From the NCBI GenBank assembly GCA_963662665.2, contig CAXXJS010000063.1, positions 1 to 64,000 on the forward strand: a stretch of DNA of 64,000 nt, given 5' to 3'. The translations under genes and the position numbers were made by a program. Origin of the DNA: Candidatus Latescibacterota bacterium. GTDB lineage: Bacteria; Latescibacterota; UBA2968; GCA-2709665. Within the stretch, counting starts at the first letter, position 1. The number at the start of each line of letters is the position of its first letter. The notes beneath the pieces are model-generated. The model ran no database searches. It saw only the letters and a program-made list of their open reading frames with translations, and was not told where the DNA came from. Below, in pieces: positions 39,434 through 49,072 of the stretch.

Positions 39434-40300
39434 TTACATATCCCTCCTGTAGAACACCCGCCACTGAAGAAGACTGATCCCAAGCAGCAGAAAGAACGCC
39501 AGAACGGTCAGGGCGCTGGCCTGCCCGAAGTTGAAATAACCGAACGCGCGCCGGTAGATTTCCGTGACCATTATCTGGGTCTGGTTTGCCGGGCCTCCCG
39601 CCGTAATCACGTAGATAAAGACAAAACTGTTGAACGACCAGATCACGCTGACCAGCAGAACCGCCAGCGTGACCGGACGCAGCAGCGGAAGCGTGATATG
39701 GCGGAACTGCCGGAATCCCGTGGCCCCGTCGATCGTGGAAGCCTCGTACAGATCGCCGGGGATCGACTGCAGCGCCGACAGGAACGCGAACGTGGTAAAC
39801 GGCAGTGCCGTCCACAACCTGGCCACCAGCGCCCCCGCAAAGGCCGTTGAAGCGTCCGTCAGCCACTGAACCGGTGTTTCGATGAGTTGCAGGGTCAGCA
39901 GAAGCGAATTCAGGTGCCCGTACTCGCCGTTGTACATCCACTTCCAGGTGATCGCCGCCACCACCAGCGGCATTGCCCACGCCAGGATCAGCAGGCCCCG
40001 AATCCATTCGCTCAATACCGACGCCCGGCTCAACAACAGCGCCACGCCCAGCCCCAACCCCACGTTCATTGCGACCGCCAGGGCCGTCCACAACGCCGTG
40101 TTCTTCAGCACAAGCAGAAACAGATCGTCCTGCAAGAGTCCGAGGTAATTCCCCAACCCGGCAAACGTCTCCCCCCTGTAGGACGTGTGATAGAGACTCG
40201 TCTCCATCACGTCCAGAATGGGATAGCCCATAAACACAATCAGCCACAGGGCCGCCGGGGCAACGTAAACGTAAGCCAGCCTGCGTTTCCCGCGTTCCAT
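39434..40300 (-). CDS. Carbohydrate ABC transporter permease (MalF-like)
   Basis: FAGLGNY, LQSIPGDLYEASTIDGA..QFRHITLPLL, T.GGP, FGQASA. Confidence 0.92.
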   Translation of the reverse strand: MERGKRRLAYVYVAPAALWLIVFMGYPILDVMETSLYHTSYRGETFAGLGNYLGLLQDDLFLLVLKNTALWTALAVAMNVGLGLGVALLLSRASVLSEWIRGLLILAWAMPLVVAAITWKWMYNGEYGHLNSLLLTLQLIETPVQWLTDASTAFAGALVARLWTALPFTTFAFLSALQSIPGDLYEASTIDGATGFRQFRHITLPLLRPVTLAVLLVSVIWSFNSFVFIYVITAGGPANQTQIMVTEIYRRAFGYFNFGQASALTVLAFFLLLGISLLQWRVFYRRDM

Positions 40301-40309
40301 GCCGCCTCC

Positions 40310-41563
40310 TCACTCCCCGCGGGGTAGCATGGGGTCTTCCAATTCTCTCATCAGACGCGCGTAGACCGCATCGAGCGCCTCACGCGGAGACGCCGTACCC
40401 GCCAGAACCATCTGAATCGCCTCTCCCCAACCGTCCTGAATTTTCGTCCATTCCGGGTGTTTCGGCGTCAGCCTGATCAGGTCCGCCTGCGCCAGGTAAT
40501 TGCGGATCGGCACGGTCCTGTAATAGCCGTGTTCCGACACCGTTCCGGTCACCGGCACGCCCCCGTTCTCCACGTCCATCAACTCCCGGTTTTCCGGCCG
40601 CTGCGTAAAACGGATGAAATCATACGCCAGATCTTTCTGTTTCGAAGTGGAAAACACGGAAAATATATCCAGAATCAGCAGCATCTTCCGGTCCCGTCCC
40701 GACGGCGTTATCAGCGGCTCGCACGCGATCCCGGCATCTCGACACCGCTCGTACTGCCACGGCCCGCTGAACGTCAGACCTGCCTTTCCCGCGTCCATCA
40801 CCGCATAACAATCGTCCGCATTCAGATTCAGGATGCCCGGCGGCATGGCCCTGTCCACCAGGTGCATGTCCGTCAGGAATTTCACGTACGCCACCGCCTC
40901 GGGGCTGTTGATTGCCAGCCTGCCGTCTCCGTCGAAAAAGTCGGCGCCGAAGCCCCACATCATCGCGATCTGTTCCTGCATCAGGTGCTTCGCCCGCCCC
41001 GCACCCACGCAGATCCCGTAGCGTTCGGGCGGGTCGTTCAGTTTCATCGCCAGTTCCCGGACCGCTTCCCAGGTATCGGGCTGTCCACCCACCCCTGCCT
41101 CCTCCATCCAGTCGGTACGAGCGTACAGAACCCGGTTTGCTCCCCAGAGCGGTACGCCGTACGTCCTTCCCCTGTATTCGCCCGCGCTCAGCGCTTCTGG
41201 AATCCACGCGTCCCGTTCCGCAGCCGTCATATACGCGTCCAGGGGCTCCAGCACGCCCCGCTCCGCATACTCCGAGATCATTCCCATGAACAGATATCCC
41301 AGGTCCGGCAGATTTCCCCCCTGTATCATGGTATTGTAGACCGTGGGACCCTGGTCGTACGGGATGAACTGCTGCTCGATCCTGACACCGGGACGTTCCG
41401 CCTCAAAGCCCTCTTTCCACGCCCGGAACGCTTTCCGCTCGGGGCCCATCCAGGCGATTCTGAGCGTGACCGTCTCGCCGGACGATCCATCATCGGACCC
41501 GCCGCAGGCGCTAAGCACGGACGCGAGAAACCATACCGCTGATATCCATCGACCCGTTTTCAT
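40310..41563 (-). CDS. Sugar ABC transporter substrate-binding lipoprotein
   Basis: Lipobox VLSAC-GG, GNLPD, LEPLD, YGVP, PDTWE, INSPEAV, GKAG..FSGPW. Confidence 0.9.
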   Translation of the reverse strand: MKTGRWISAVWFLASVLSACGGSDDGSSGETVTLRIAWMGPERKAFRAWKEGFEAERPGVRIEQQFIPYDQGPTVYNTMIQGGNLPDLGYLFMGMISEYAERGVLEPLDAYMTAAERDAWIPEALSAGEYRGRTYGVPLWGANRVLYARTDWMEEAGVGGQPDTWEAVRELAMKLNDPPERYGICVGAGRAKHLMQEQIAMMWGFGADFFDGDGRLAINSPEAVAYVKFLTDMHLVDRAMPPGILNLNADDCYAVMDAGKAGLTFSGPWQYERCRDAGIACEPLITPSGRDRKMLLILDIFSVFSTSKQKDLAYDFIRFTQRPENRELMDVENGGVPVTGTVSEHGYYRTVPIRNYLAQADLIRLTPKHPEWTKIQDGWGEAIQMVLAGTASPREALDAVYARLMRELEDPMLPRGE

Positions 41564-41582
41564 TCTGCGCTTCTCCCGTCGT

Positions 41583-43553
41583 TCAGTAAGCGTGTACACC
41601 GTGTCCCTCACCGCCGAAATAGGTGATATCGAGCAGGAACGAAACGCCCACGTTCAGCGCGTACCCGACCATCAGCCCCAGGAAAAACGGAATGGAACGC
41701 CGGTACAGAAAAACGCCGCCCGCCTTCAGTACGATGCTCTTTACCGCCCAGGCCAGAAATACCGAGAGTACCGAGTGTACCGTCATTCCCGACCAGGTCA
41801 CTGCCAGGCCCAGCGGATGCAGCGGCCACCAGGGTACCCGGTAACGCAGGAACGTCAGCGCGAGCATCGCGGCGCAGCCGGCGCCGAAATACCCGAACAC
41901 CTCCGGTTTCACCGGGTCCGGGCTGGACATCATCCCCGCAAACCAGTTAAAGGTGGGAACCGTCCGCCGCAACAGCGCGATGCTCCCGAAATTATACGCG
42001 CCGATCGTATATCCCCAGTAGAGTGTCAGACCGACCGACGTCGCCACGGCCCCGACAAGGCCCAGCGCCACGGCGTAACCGAGACGGCGCCGGTCCCCGC
42101 CGATCAGATCGCCGATTTTCGCCACGTGCGCCAGGGCAGGCATGAAGAGCCCGCGGCCGTCGTTGCGCAGGGCGAAGGAAAACGCCAGCGCCGTCATCGC
42201 GCGCCCGGGAATCGCGGCCGGGCCAACACTGCGAAGGATCGCGGTTTGCGGGAACATGGGCGAACTGACGTACAGCAGGCCGGACTGCGCCACCACCCGC
42301 GCGATGCCCAGATAAGTAATGAAAAAGAGCAGAACCAGCACCGTTGAAAGCAGCAGACCCATGCCCGAATTAAAGAACCACGCAACGATGAAGATCAGGC
42401 TCAGCGCCGCGCCGGACACGGCCGTCCGATAGGACAGGATCTCCTGAGCATCGTCGGCGGAAGGATGGATCGCTCCTTTGAGGACCTGGCGCAGGTGTTT
42501 CCTGGCGGTCCACAGCCCCCACACCACCAGCGTACACAATGCGCCGATGCTTTGCCACGATACGGCCGCGGCGCCGGAGATCCCTCCCACGCCCAGCCTT
42601 CCGAAGACAAAGACCTCCCACATCGCCATAAAGTGGAAGAACCAGATGCTGAAGAGCACGTCCAGGTTGGCCAGATACGCAAATCCTATCGTGTAGAAGT
42701 TGATGGTGGTGTGGAGCGCCGGGAATCCCTTGAAGAACGTGGTCCACCGCGATGGGATGCCGAGAGGGATCTCGGGAAACCCCGGCGCGAAATGAGACAT
42801 CATGTTCCAGGTCATCACCAGGGTGGCCGCCGCGAAGCCGAACTTGAAGGCACGGGTGCGCATGAACCCTGGAAACGAGCTCCCGTCAGGCGCGTCGCCG
42901 GCCATGTCCGCGGCCACCTGCGCGAGCGGGTACACAAGGCGTTCGTACTCCACCCACTGCCGGCGCAGGATCACCATCAGGCACATCGAAGCGAATGCAA
43001 ACGCGCCCACAAGGGCCATCCACCAGGCCAAGGGTCCGGCCCAGGCGCCCAGTGGAATCGACGTATCGCTCGACGGGAGGCCTTCGAACAACATCCGCAT
43101 GGTGCCGCCGCGGTTCGACGGCGCGATCCAGTCCGGCATGTGGAGATGGAAAAAAGCGCTCCACTGGTTTTCCGGGGTCGCCATGTAGTACGGGACCGAG
43201 ATGGTCCCCAGGAGCGTGGTCATCAGGCTGAATCCGGGCACCGTCGCGCCGGCCAGCCCCATCGCGGCCACCACCAGAATCTCCGACCGGGACAGGCCCC
43301 AGCCGCGCCGGAGCGCCCTGAGCGCGGGATTCACAAACAGCGCCAGGAGCATGAACGGCACGAACAGTCCCATCGGGAAATGGGTCACCTGCAGCCAGGA
43401 AGCCCGGATCAGGTATAGCGAGTATAGGATCCAGAAATTGACGAAGACCACCATCAGCAGGCCGATGCCCACCGACCTCGGCGTGACTCCGCTTCGCGTA
43501 TCCCGCGGGCTTCCAGTCAAGGGTTCCGCGGCATGTATCGGCGACGATTCCAT
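41583..43553 (-). CDS. DUF6785/DUF6784-type membrane protein (paralog 2)
   Basis: VTPRSV.IG, ATPENQW, RRQWVEYERLVYPL, GFAYLANLDVLFSIW, PWWPLHPLG, PFFLGL. Confidence 0.75.
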   Translation of the reverse strand: MESSPIHAAEPLTGSPRDTRSGVTPRSVGIGLLMVVFVNFWILYSLYLIRASWLQVTHFPMGLFVPFMLLALFVNPALRALRRGWGLSRSEILVVAAMGLAGATVPGFSLMTTLLGTISVPYYMATPENQWSAFFHLHMPDWIAPSNRGGTMRMLFEGLPSSDTSIPLGAWAGPLAWWMALVGAFAFASMCLMVILRRQWVEYERLVYPLAQVAADMAGDAPDGSSFPGFMRTRAFKFGFAAATLVMTWNMMSHFAPGFPEIPLGIPSRWTTFFKGFPALHTTINFYTIGFAYLANLDVLFSIWFFHFMAMWEVFVFGRLGVGGISGAAAVSWQSIGALCTLVVWGLWTARKHLRQVLKGAIHPSADDAQEILSYRTAVSGAALSLIFIVAWFFNSGMGLLLSTVLVLLFFITYLGIARVVAQSGLLYVSSPMFPQTAILRSVGPAAIPGRAMTALAFSFALRNDGRGLFMPALAHVAKIGDLIGGDRRRLGYAVALGLVGAVATSVGLTLYWGYTIGAYNFGSIALLRRTVPTFNWFAGMMSSPDPVKPEVFGYFGAGCAAMLALTFLRYRVPWWPLHPLGLAVTWSGMTVHSVLSVFLAWAVKSIVLKAGGVFLYRRSIPFFLGLMVGYALNVGVSFLLDITYFGGEGHGVHAY

Positions 43554-43672
43554 GAATATGATTTCGAATGTGCTTCAGATGAGAGATCCCGACGCGTGGC
43601 GTATCGTTCCGTATGCTCCGGAAACGGAATATCGGCAGGTACGATTCGTGGAAATACGACGACCGTTCCCGG

Positions 43673-45658
43673 TTACCACCAGTGCACCTGGTGTCCCTGT
43701 CCGGGAAACCAGATGGCGTCGACCGTAAAGGCCAGCACCACGCCCGCCGTGTATCCCACCAGCAGACCCAGGAACAGCGGCTTGGACCGGCGGTAGAGAG
43801 CGACGCCACCCACACGCATGACGACCGCCTTTGCGGCCCACGCCATGAACACCGGCATCGCCAGACTGTACACGTTGTCCGCGGCGGCAACCGCCAGTCC
43901 GATGGGATGGATCGGCCACCAGGAAAAGCGGTACCGCAGAAAAGTGAGCGCCCCCATCAGGCCGGCGCCGATCCCGAAGAACAATACCCGGCTCAACTCG
44001 GGCGCTCCCGGCGTGCGCATCTGTCCCAGCGTGCTGGAGAAGACCGCCTTGGGATTACCGCTGAAAAAGAGGCGGGAGAAGTTGTAGGCGCCGTGTGTAT
44101 GCCCCAGGTGGAGCGTGAACCAGACGGATGAGATGAGCCCGGCGAACACCCCCACGGTCACGCAGAACAGCAGGAGGCGCCGGTTGCCCCGGATGCGGTC
44201 CCCAAGGCGCACCGCCTGTGCCAGGCCCGGCGTGAAGAGTCCCCGCATATAGTCGATCAGCGCGTAGGATAGCGCGATGGACGTCAGACAGGCGCCGGAG
44301 AGCCCGTAGGTGCCGCGCAGGTCCATCACGAAGGCCTGCGGCGTCACCGTGCCCTGGGCATAGGCCACACCGGCCTCCGAAACGACCCTCGCCAGGCCGA
44401 TGTAGATGACACCCAGGGCAAACAGAAACATCGACGCCGAAATCGTGTCCATTCCGGATCGCTGAAGCCAGAACAGCGCGTATATCCCGCTTAATAGCAG
44501 GCCAAGGACCGATGCCCGGTAAGAAAGGACCTCCCTGCCGTCGTCGAGCGGATGGTCCGCCCGCAACGCCTTGAGGAAGACGTCCCGAAGATGGGTACGC
44601 GCCACCCACAGCCGCCATCCGACAAGGCACGCCAGCGCGCCGAAACACTGCCACGCCTCGGTGGGCGGATCCGCGCTGAAGGTATCGGTGGACCGTTCGA
44701 TCTGATACCCCAGGCGGTTGAAGATGCCGCCCTCCACTACGTGAACCAGGAAAAAGAACCAGATGCTGAACAACACCTGCAGGTTGGCGAAGTACGCGAA
44801 GCCGATGGTGTAGAACTGCAGGGGCTGGATGTAGACGCCCGGAGAGTAGCGCGTGAAGCGGAAGTAGCCCGCGTGAGGAAAGAACCGGATGCCGGGCATC
44901 CCGTGAAAGAACCAGGACGTCGCGTGCCAGGCGAAGAGCCCGAACGCCAGGAACGCCCCGAACCAGAAGAGGCGGCCCCGCATGAAATCGGGCAGCGCGC
45001 TTCGGGACGACGCCCCTTCAGCCATTTCGATCGGCACGGCGGCCAGGGGATAGACCAGCTTTTCGTGCTCGGCCCACTGCCTCCGCAGAATGACCATCGC
45101 GCACGCGGACCCCACCAGGAGCGCAGCCACCAGGCTGCTCCACCAGGCCAGCGGCGCCAGCCAGGTTTTCCAGGCATCAGCGCCGACGGTGCCGCCCTCG
45201 AAAAATGCCCGTAGCGCGCCCTGGTCCGATGGTACCATCCACGTATCGAGATGCGGGTGGTAGTATTCGGCCCACCCGTTTTCGGGCGTTGCGAAATAGA
45301 TCGGACTTCCGATCACACCCACCAGAAACCCGGTAATTCCGGACGTGGGAACCACCGAACCGACCATTCCGATCGCCGCCACCGTCAACAACTCGGAAGG
45401 CGACAGGACGGCGTTGCGACGGATCCGCCTGAGCAGCGGGTTCACGCCGCCCACAAGGGCGATGAAAATGCTCAACAGCGTCAGCTGAAAAAAACTCAGG
45501 TTGAGCCGGGAAGAGCGTACGACCGTTTCCGCGTAGGTCACCCAGAGGTTGATCGCGACCACGGCCAGCACACCGATGACCACCGCCCGGAGGGTGATCC
45601 CCTCCCTCGATTTCGAGGCCTGCGTCTCCTGCGGGGAACTCGCCCCGGATCGACTCAT
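43673..45658 (-). CDS. DUF6785/DUF6784-type membrane protein (paralog 3)
   Basis: ITLRAVVIG, ATPENGW, RRQWAEHEKLVYPL, GFAYFANLQVLFSIW, WWPIHPIG. Its start overlaps the upstream gene's stop by 4 nt. Confidence 0.75.
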   Translation of the reverse strand: MSRSGASSPQETQASKSREGITLRAVVIGVLAVVAINLWVTYAETVVRSSRLNLSFFQLTLLSIFIALVGGVNPLLRRIRRNAVLSPSELLTVAAIGMVGSVVPTSGITGFLVGVIGSPIYFATPENGWAEYYHPHLDTWMVPSDQGALRAFFEGGTVGADAWKTWLAPLAWWSSLVAALLVGSACAMVILRRQWAEHEKLVYPLAAVPIEMAEGASSRSALPDFMRGRLFWFGAFLAFGLFAWHATSWFFHGMPGIRFFPHAGYFRFTRYSPGVYIQPLQFYTIGFAYFANLQVLFSIWFFFLVHVVEGGIFNRLGYQIERSTDTFSADPPTEAWQCFGALACLVGWRLWVARTHLRDVFLKALRADHPLDDGREVLSYRASVLGLLLSGIYALFWLQRSGMDTISASMFLFALGVIYIGLARVVSEAGVAYAQGTVTPQAFVMDLRGTYGLSGACLTSIALSYALIDYMRGLFTPGLAQAVRLGDRIRGNRRLLLFCVTVGVFAGLISSVWFTLHLGHTHGAYNFSRLFFSGNPKAVFSSTLGQMRTPGAPELSRVLFFGIGAGLMGALTFLRYRFSWWPIHPIGLAVAAADNVYSLAMPVFMAWAAKAVVMRVGGVALYRRSKPLFLGLLVGYTAGVVLAFTVDAIWFPGQGHQVHWW

Positions 45659-48045
45659 ATTTGCAGTTTTCCGTGCGATTCTGTGGGATCCAATCTTCCA
45701 GCCGGCGAAATCTCAAACTCGTCGAACCAGAACTGGTGTCCTTTTTTCGCGTTCCCATGCGTATAGAACCGGAAACGGCGAAGATAACGCACCTCCCCGA
45801 TCAATTCCCGAATCGTCCTTACGTCCAGTATTGCTACGTGCCATCGGCCGTCGTCCCTCAACATACAGGTGTCCGTGTCCGGATACGGTCCGGCGTCGCG
45901 TGACGGAGTACCGCCCGCGATCACGACCCCCTCGCCGTACGCCTCCGCGGGAAACGCCTGAAGCCACAGCCCTACCGGCGCCCCCTTCGGAATCCGGTAG
46001 GCAAACCGGACGAACGGATACGCGTCGATATCCCATTCCCCGGGAGCGAGACTGCAGCCCAGGTCGGAACCGTCCGCCTCCGCGAACAGCCGAACGCATC
46101 TGCCACCCCTGAATCCGTCCGAGACGAATTCGTGTCCCGTCAGCCGGTTTCCCCGGTAGATCTTGAACAGATATCCCCATTCCAGCGTCGTCGCTTCTTC
46201 GAAATCGACCGTGAGCATCGGCGCAAAGGGATCAACCGGCTGTTTCACCTTAACAAAGATCACGTCCGCGCCCTCATCGCCGTCCTCATACCGCACCCGT
46301 ACCCGCACGGGAAAGCGCCCGCAATCCGGGTAGACATGTACCGTTTCGCACGCCTCTGCGGTCTCCCCGTCGCCGAAGTCCCACCGGACGGACGCGACGG
46401 TTTTGCCCGCCGGCTCGACGCAAAACCTCACTTCCCGACCCGGTTCGGTGTCAACCTGTTCGGCCCTTGCAATCCCTCGACCGGATCCCGGCAGGCCGTG
46501 TTCGAATGCGCCGATGTCCGGCGCTTCCCCGCGCCAGGGCAGGCTGACCGGCGCCCCGGCGTCCCATTCCATCTCGCGGTCCAGAACGAGCAGGTCCGGC
46601 TGATAGTAGTTGAGCAGGACTTTCTCGATACGGGCAATCCGGTCTGCCGTACCTATGGCGACTCTGTCGCCCTTCTCACGTTCAATGCCGAACCCGTCGT
46701 AGAAGTACCTGCCGTCGTCCACCGGAACTTCCCGGCCCTTCCCGCCCTGTCTCGTCACCGTCAGCGCACGTCCCGCATCGATGCACGGACTGCCGGGACC
46801 AAGACGAAAATCGCGTTTTTCCGAATCCACAAAGCCGGGATCCACGTCCAGGTTATCCTCGAATTCCCGCCAGTGCCCCCTCACGACCGACTTCCTGTTG
46901 GCCTCGTCCACCGTCTGGAACCGGTCACCGTACCCCACAACCCGCTGCCCGGCCTCCGTACCCCGAAACACGTTGTTCAAGAACAGGTTGTCGCCCGCAA
47001 TCCCGGCGCCCCTTGCGATCTGGACGTTGCCCCCGTACTTGTCATTCATAAAAAAGATATTGTTGACGAACACATTCGAACTCACGTTGACCCCGGTGAT
47101 CTCCCACCCGTACCCGAGGTTGTCCGCAATCGTATTGTGGTACACCCTGGAATTGACAAACCGGAACGGATCGCGCACGTGGTAGTTTACAGGCACGTAG
47201 CTCGATGAATTGAGCGGCGTATGCCGGTTGCCGTAGACCCGGTTGAAACGAATGATGCCGTCGATCAACAGATTCTTCGCGCGGCTGTCCGCCGAATGCG
47301 CGCTGTCGAGCGCCTCGGTAACGATATTCCCCTCGACCAGGACCCTCCCGGACGCCCAGAATTCGTAGTTGCGCCCCCAGGGGTTGTGGAAACAATTCGA
47401 CCGAACGACGAGATTGTTCGTCATGGAGATCTGCAGCGGGCAGTGCCCGACCCGCGCGAACGCGTTCCCCTCGATCAACACGTACGTACACTCGACCACC
47501 TGGCACATATTGCCGCCAACGCGGTCCTTGTGAAATACGTTGTCGATAAGCCGCACGTGCGTGCACCCGGTCAGCACGAACGGCGTCGTGTTACCGGCCT
47601 TCTCCATATGACAGCCACTTACGGCAAGCCGGTCGCATCCGTCGGCCCGCAGCCAGCGCCCGTCCCCGGGCGCGATCCGGAAGTCCTCGATTCGGATATT
47701 GTGCTTCTCCTGAAGATCCACCGCCAGCCGCATTTCGCCCCCGCCAACGAGCACGGCCCGGTGCCGGACTTCAGACCGGCACCGGATGGGAGCATCCGGC
47801 TCTCCTGTGTGCTCCGGCGCGATCGTGCCCTCGTAGACCCCCGGCAGGAAGACCAGGGTATCCCCCGGTGTCAATGCGCCGTTTGTGCGCCCGATGCTTC
47901 TCCAGGGTGACGAGCGCCCACCGGACCCCGAGTCGTCGCCATCCGGCGACAGGTAGAACACCGCGCCCAGGCAGGGCAGGACGAGTGGTAATGCCAAAAA
48001 GACCACGTCCACAAACGTAGCGCCCAAATCGAAGATACACAGCAT
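45655..48045 (-). CDS. Right-handed beta-helix protein (PL9/pectin-lyase-like) with PKD domain and C-terminal beta-sandwich (CBM-like)
   Basis: FYLSPDGDD.G.G....PWRSI, LTPGDTLVFLPGVY, beta-helix repeats (IEGNAF, VRSNCF, VYHNTI, FVNNIF), DPGFVD..DFRL.PGSPCIDAG, APDIGAFE, WDFGDG (PKD), DGRWH. Start uncertain. Confidence 0.7.
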   Translation of the reverse strand: MLCIFDLGATFVDVVFLALPLVLPCLGAVFYLSPDGDDSGSGGRSSPWRSIGRTNGALTPGDTLVFLPGVYEGTIAPEHTGEPDAPIRCRSEVRHRAVLVGGGEMRLAVDLQEKHNIRIEDFRIAPGDGRWLRADGCDRLAVSGCHMEKAGNTTPFVLTGCTHVRLIDNVFHKDRVGGNMCQVVECTYVLIEGNAFARVGHCPLQISMTNNLVVRSNCFHNPWGRNYEFWASGRVLVEGNIVTEALDSAHSADSRAKNLLIDGIIRFNRVYGNRHTPLNSSSYVPVNYHVRDPFRFVNSRVYHNTIADNLGYGWEITGVNVSSNVFVNNIFFMNDKYGGNVQIARGAGIAGDNLFLNNVFRGTEAGQRVVGYGDRFQTVDEANRKSVVRGHWREFEDNLDVDPGFVDSEKRDFRLGPGSPCIDAGRALTVTRQGGKGREVPVDDGRYFYDGFGIEREKGDRVAIGTADRIARIEKVLLNYYQPDLLVLDREMEWDAGAPVSLPWRGEAPDIGAFEHGLPGSGRGIARAEQVDTEPGREVRFCVEPAGKTVASVRWDFGDGETAEACETVHVYPDCGRFPVRVRVRYEDGDEGADVIFVKVKQPVDPFAPMLTVDFEEATTLEWGYLFKIYRGNRLTGHEFVSDGFRGGRCVRLFAEADGSDLGCSLAPGEWDIDAYPFVRFAYRIPKGAPVGLWLQAFPAEAYGEGVVIAGGTPSRDAGPYPDTDTCMLRDDGRWHVAILDVRTIRELIGEVRYLRRFRFYTHGNAKKGHQFWFDEFEISPAGRLDPTESHGKLQI

Positions 48046-48082
48046 ATGGATGTCCCCTTACCGTTGCGCGAACGACTCAGGC

Positions 48083-48958
48083 CTATTCGCCGGTCACACT
48101 CTCGCGGCGTTCTTCTTCTTCCATCAGCGGCACGAGGCTGGGCCGCCTGCTGGCGTAAGGGGGCTCCATCAGTGCGCGCTGCAACGGTGTCAGCTCGTCC
48201 TTGAACGACTCGTAACCCGCCGGGTGGATGCTCGGTCCGGACCCGAACACCATATCTCCCGCGCCGTAGCGGTACAGCAGCGTTCTACGTTCGTGGGACG
48301 CCGTCCAGGGAAACGTGCCGTGGGTGAGCGCTTCGGTGAAGATCAGCGCCGATCCCGCCTTCATCGGAAGATGTTTGAACCACTCGGGGTGGGCATCCAG
48401 GCGACGAACGTCACCCGGGCAGGGATAGTTCGCCCTGTGGCTGCCGGGAATACACGCGAATCCCCCATCGCCCGGACCGATATCCGTCAGCTGGTAGCAG
48501 ACCGCCATCAGCCCGTTCCACATCCGCCCGTCCTGGAATTCGTAATAATACGGTCCCCTCGGCGTGCCGCCGCCGTGAAACAGAAAACCCTCTGCGCCGG
48601 CCGTCATGCTGATCCCGTTCGCGTTGCCGTAGCGAAACCCGTCCCCGATCAGTTCCAGCATGCACCGCATCGTCCGGGGAAGGGTCAACAGGTCACGGAA
48701 GGGTTGACACCAGGGTTTCGGCCAGTTCAGAATGTCCATGATATCACCGCGGCCGTGCGTGCCTTTCAACAGCGGCGCGGCCTTGCCCCCATGCTGTTTT
48801 GCGGCGCCGGAAAGTGACAACTCGCCCTTCCGGATGTGGACCTGATCCGGGTTGCGGTCGATCGCCTCGTTCAGCGCCGCCACCGCGTCCGGCGTCAGTA
48901 TGTCCTCGACCACAATGTACCCGTTCACGTCGAAATGATATCGCTCGTAGGCATCCAT
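48083..48958 (-). CDS. PhyH-like Fe(II)/2OG enzyme with HxG instead of HxD/E
   Basis: FDVNGYIVVEDIL, FLFHGGG, GDGGFACIPGSH, KAGSALIFTEALTHGT, ERR.LLYRY. Confidence 0.8.
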   Translation of the reverse strand: MDAYERYHFDVNGYIVVEDILTPDAVAALNEAIDRNPDQVHIRKGELSLSGAAKQHGGKAAPLLKGTHGRGDIMDILNWPKPWCQPFRDLLTLPRTMRCMLELIGDGFRYGNANGISMTAGAEGFLFHGGGTPRGPYYYEFQDGRMWNGLMAVCYQLTDIGPGDGGFACIPGSHRANYPCPGDVRRLDAHPEWFKHLPMKAGSALIFTEALTHGTFPWTASHERRTLLYRYGAGDMVFGSGPSIHPAGYESFKDELTPLQRALMEPPYASRRPSLVPLMEEEERRESVTGE

Positions 48959-49072
48959 ACGTCCCTCCGTGAAATGAGCTGAAATTGCGATGGAATACGC
49001 GTCGGCAATCCAACCGAATCGGTGGCGATCTCATCGCTCTAAAGAGATCGGCGGGCTTGCATCTAAAGGCTC

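Noticed and set aside
39432-40313. 572-aa ORF suggesting a fused permease
   Set aside because: The N-terminal half overlaps the real 39434-40300 permease in another frame. The true start is GTG at 39431 with an RBS.
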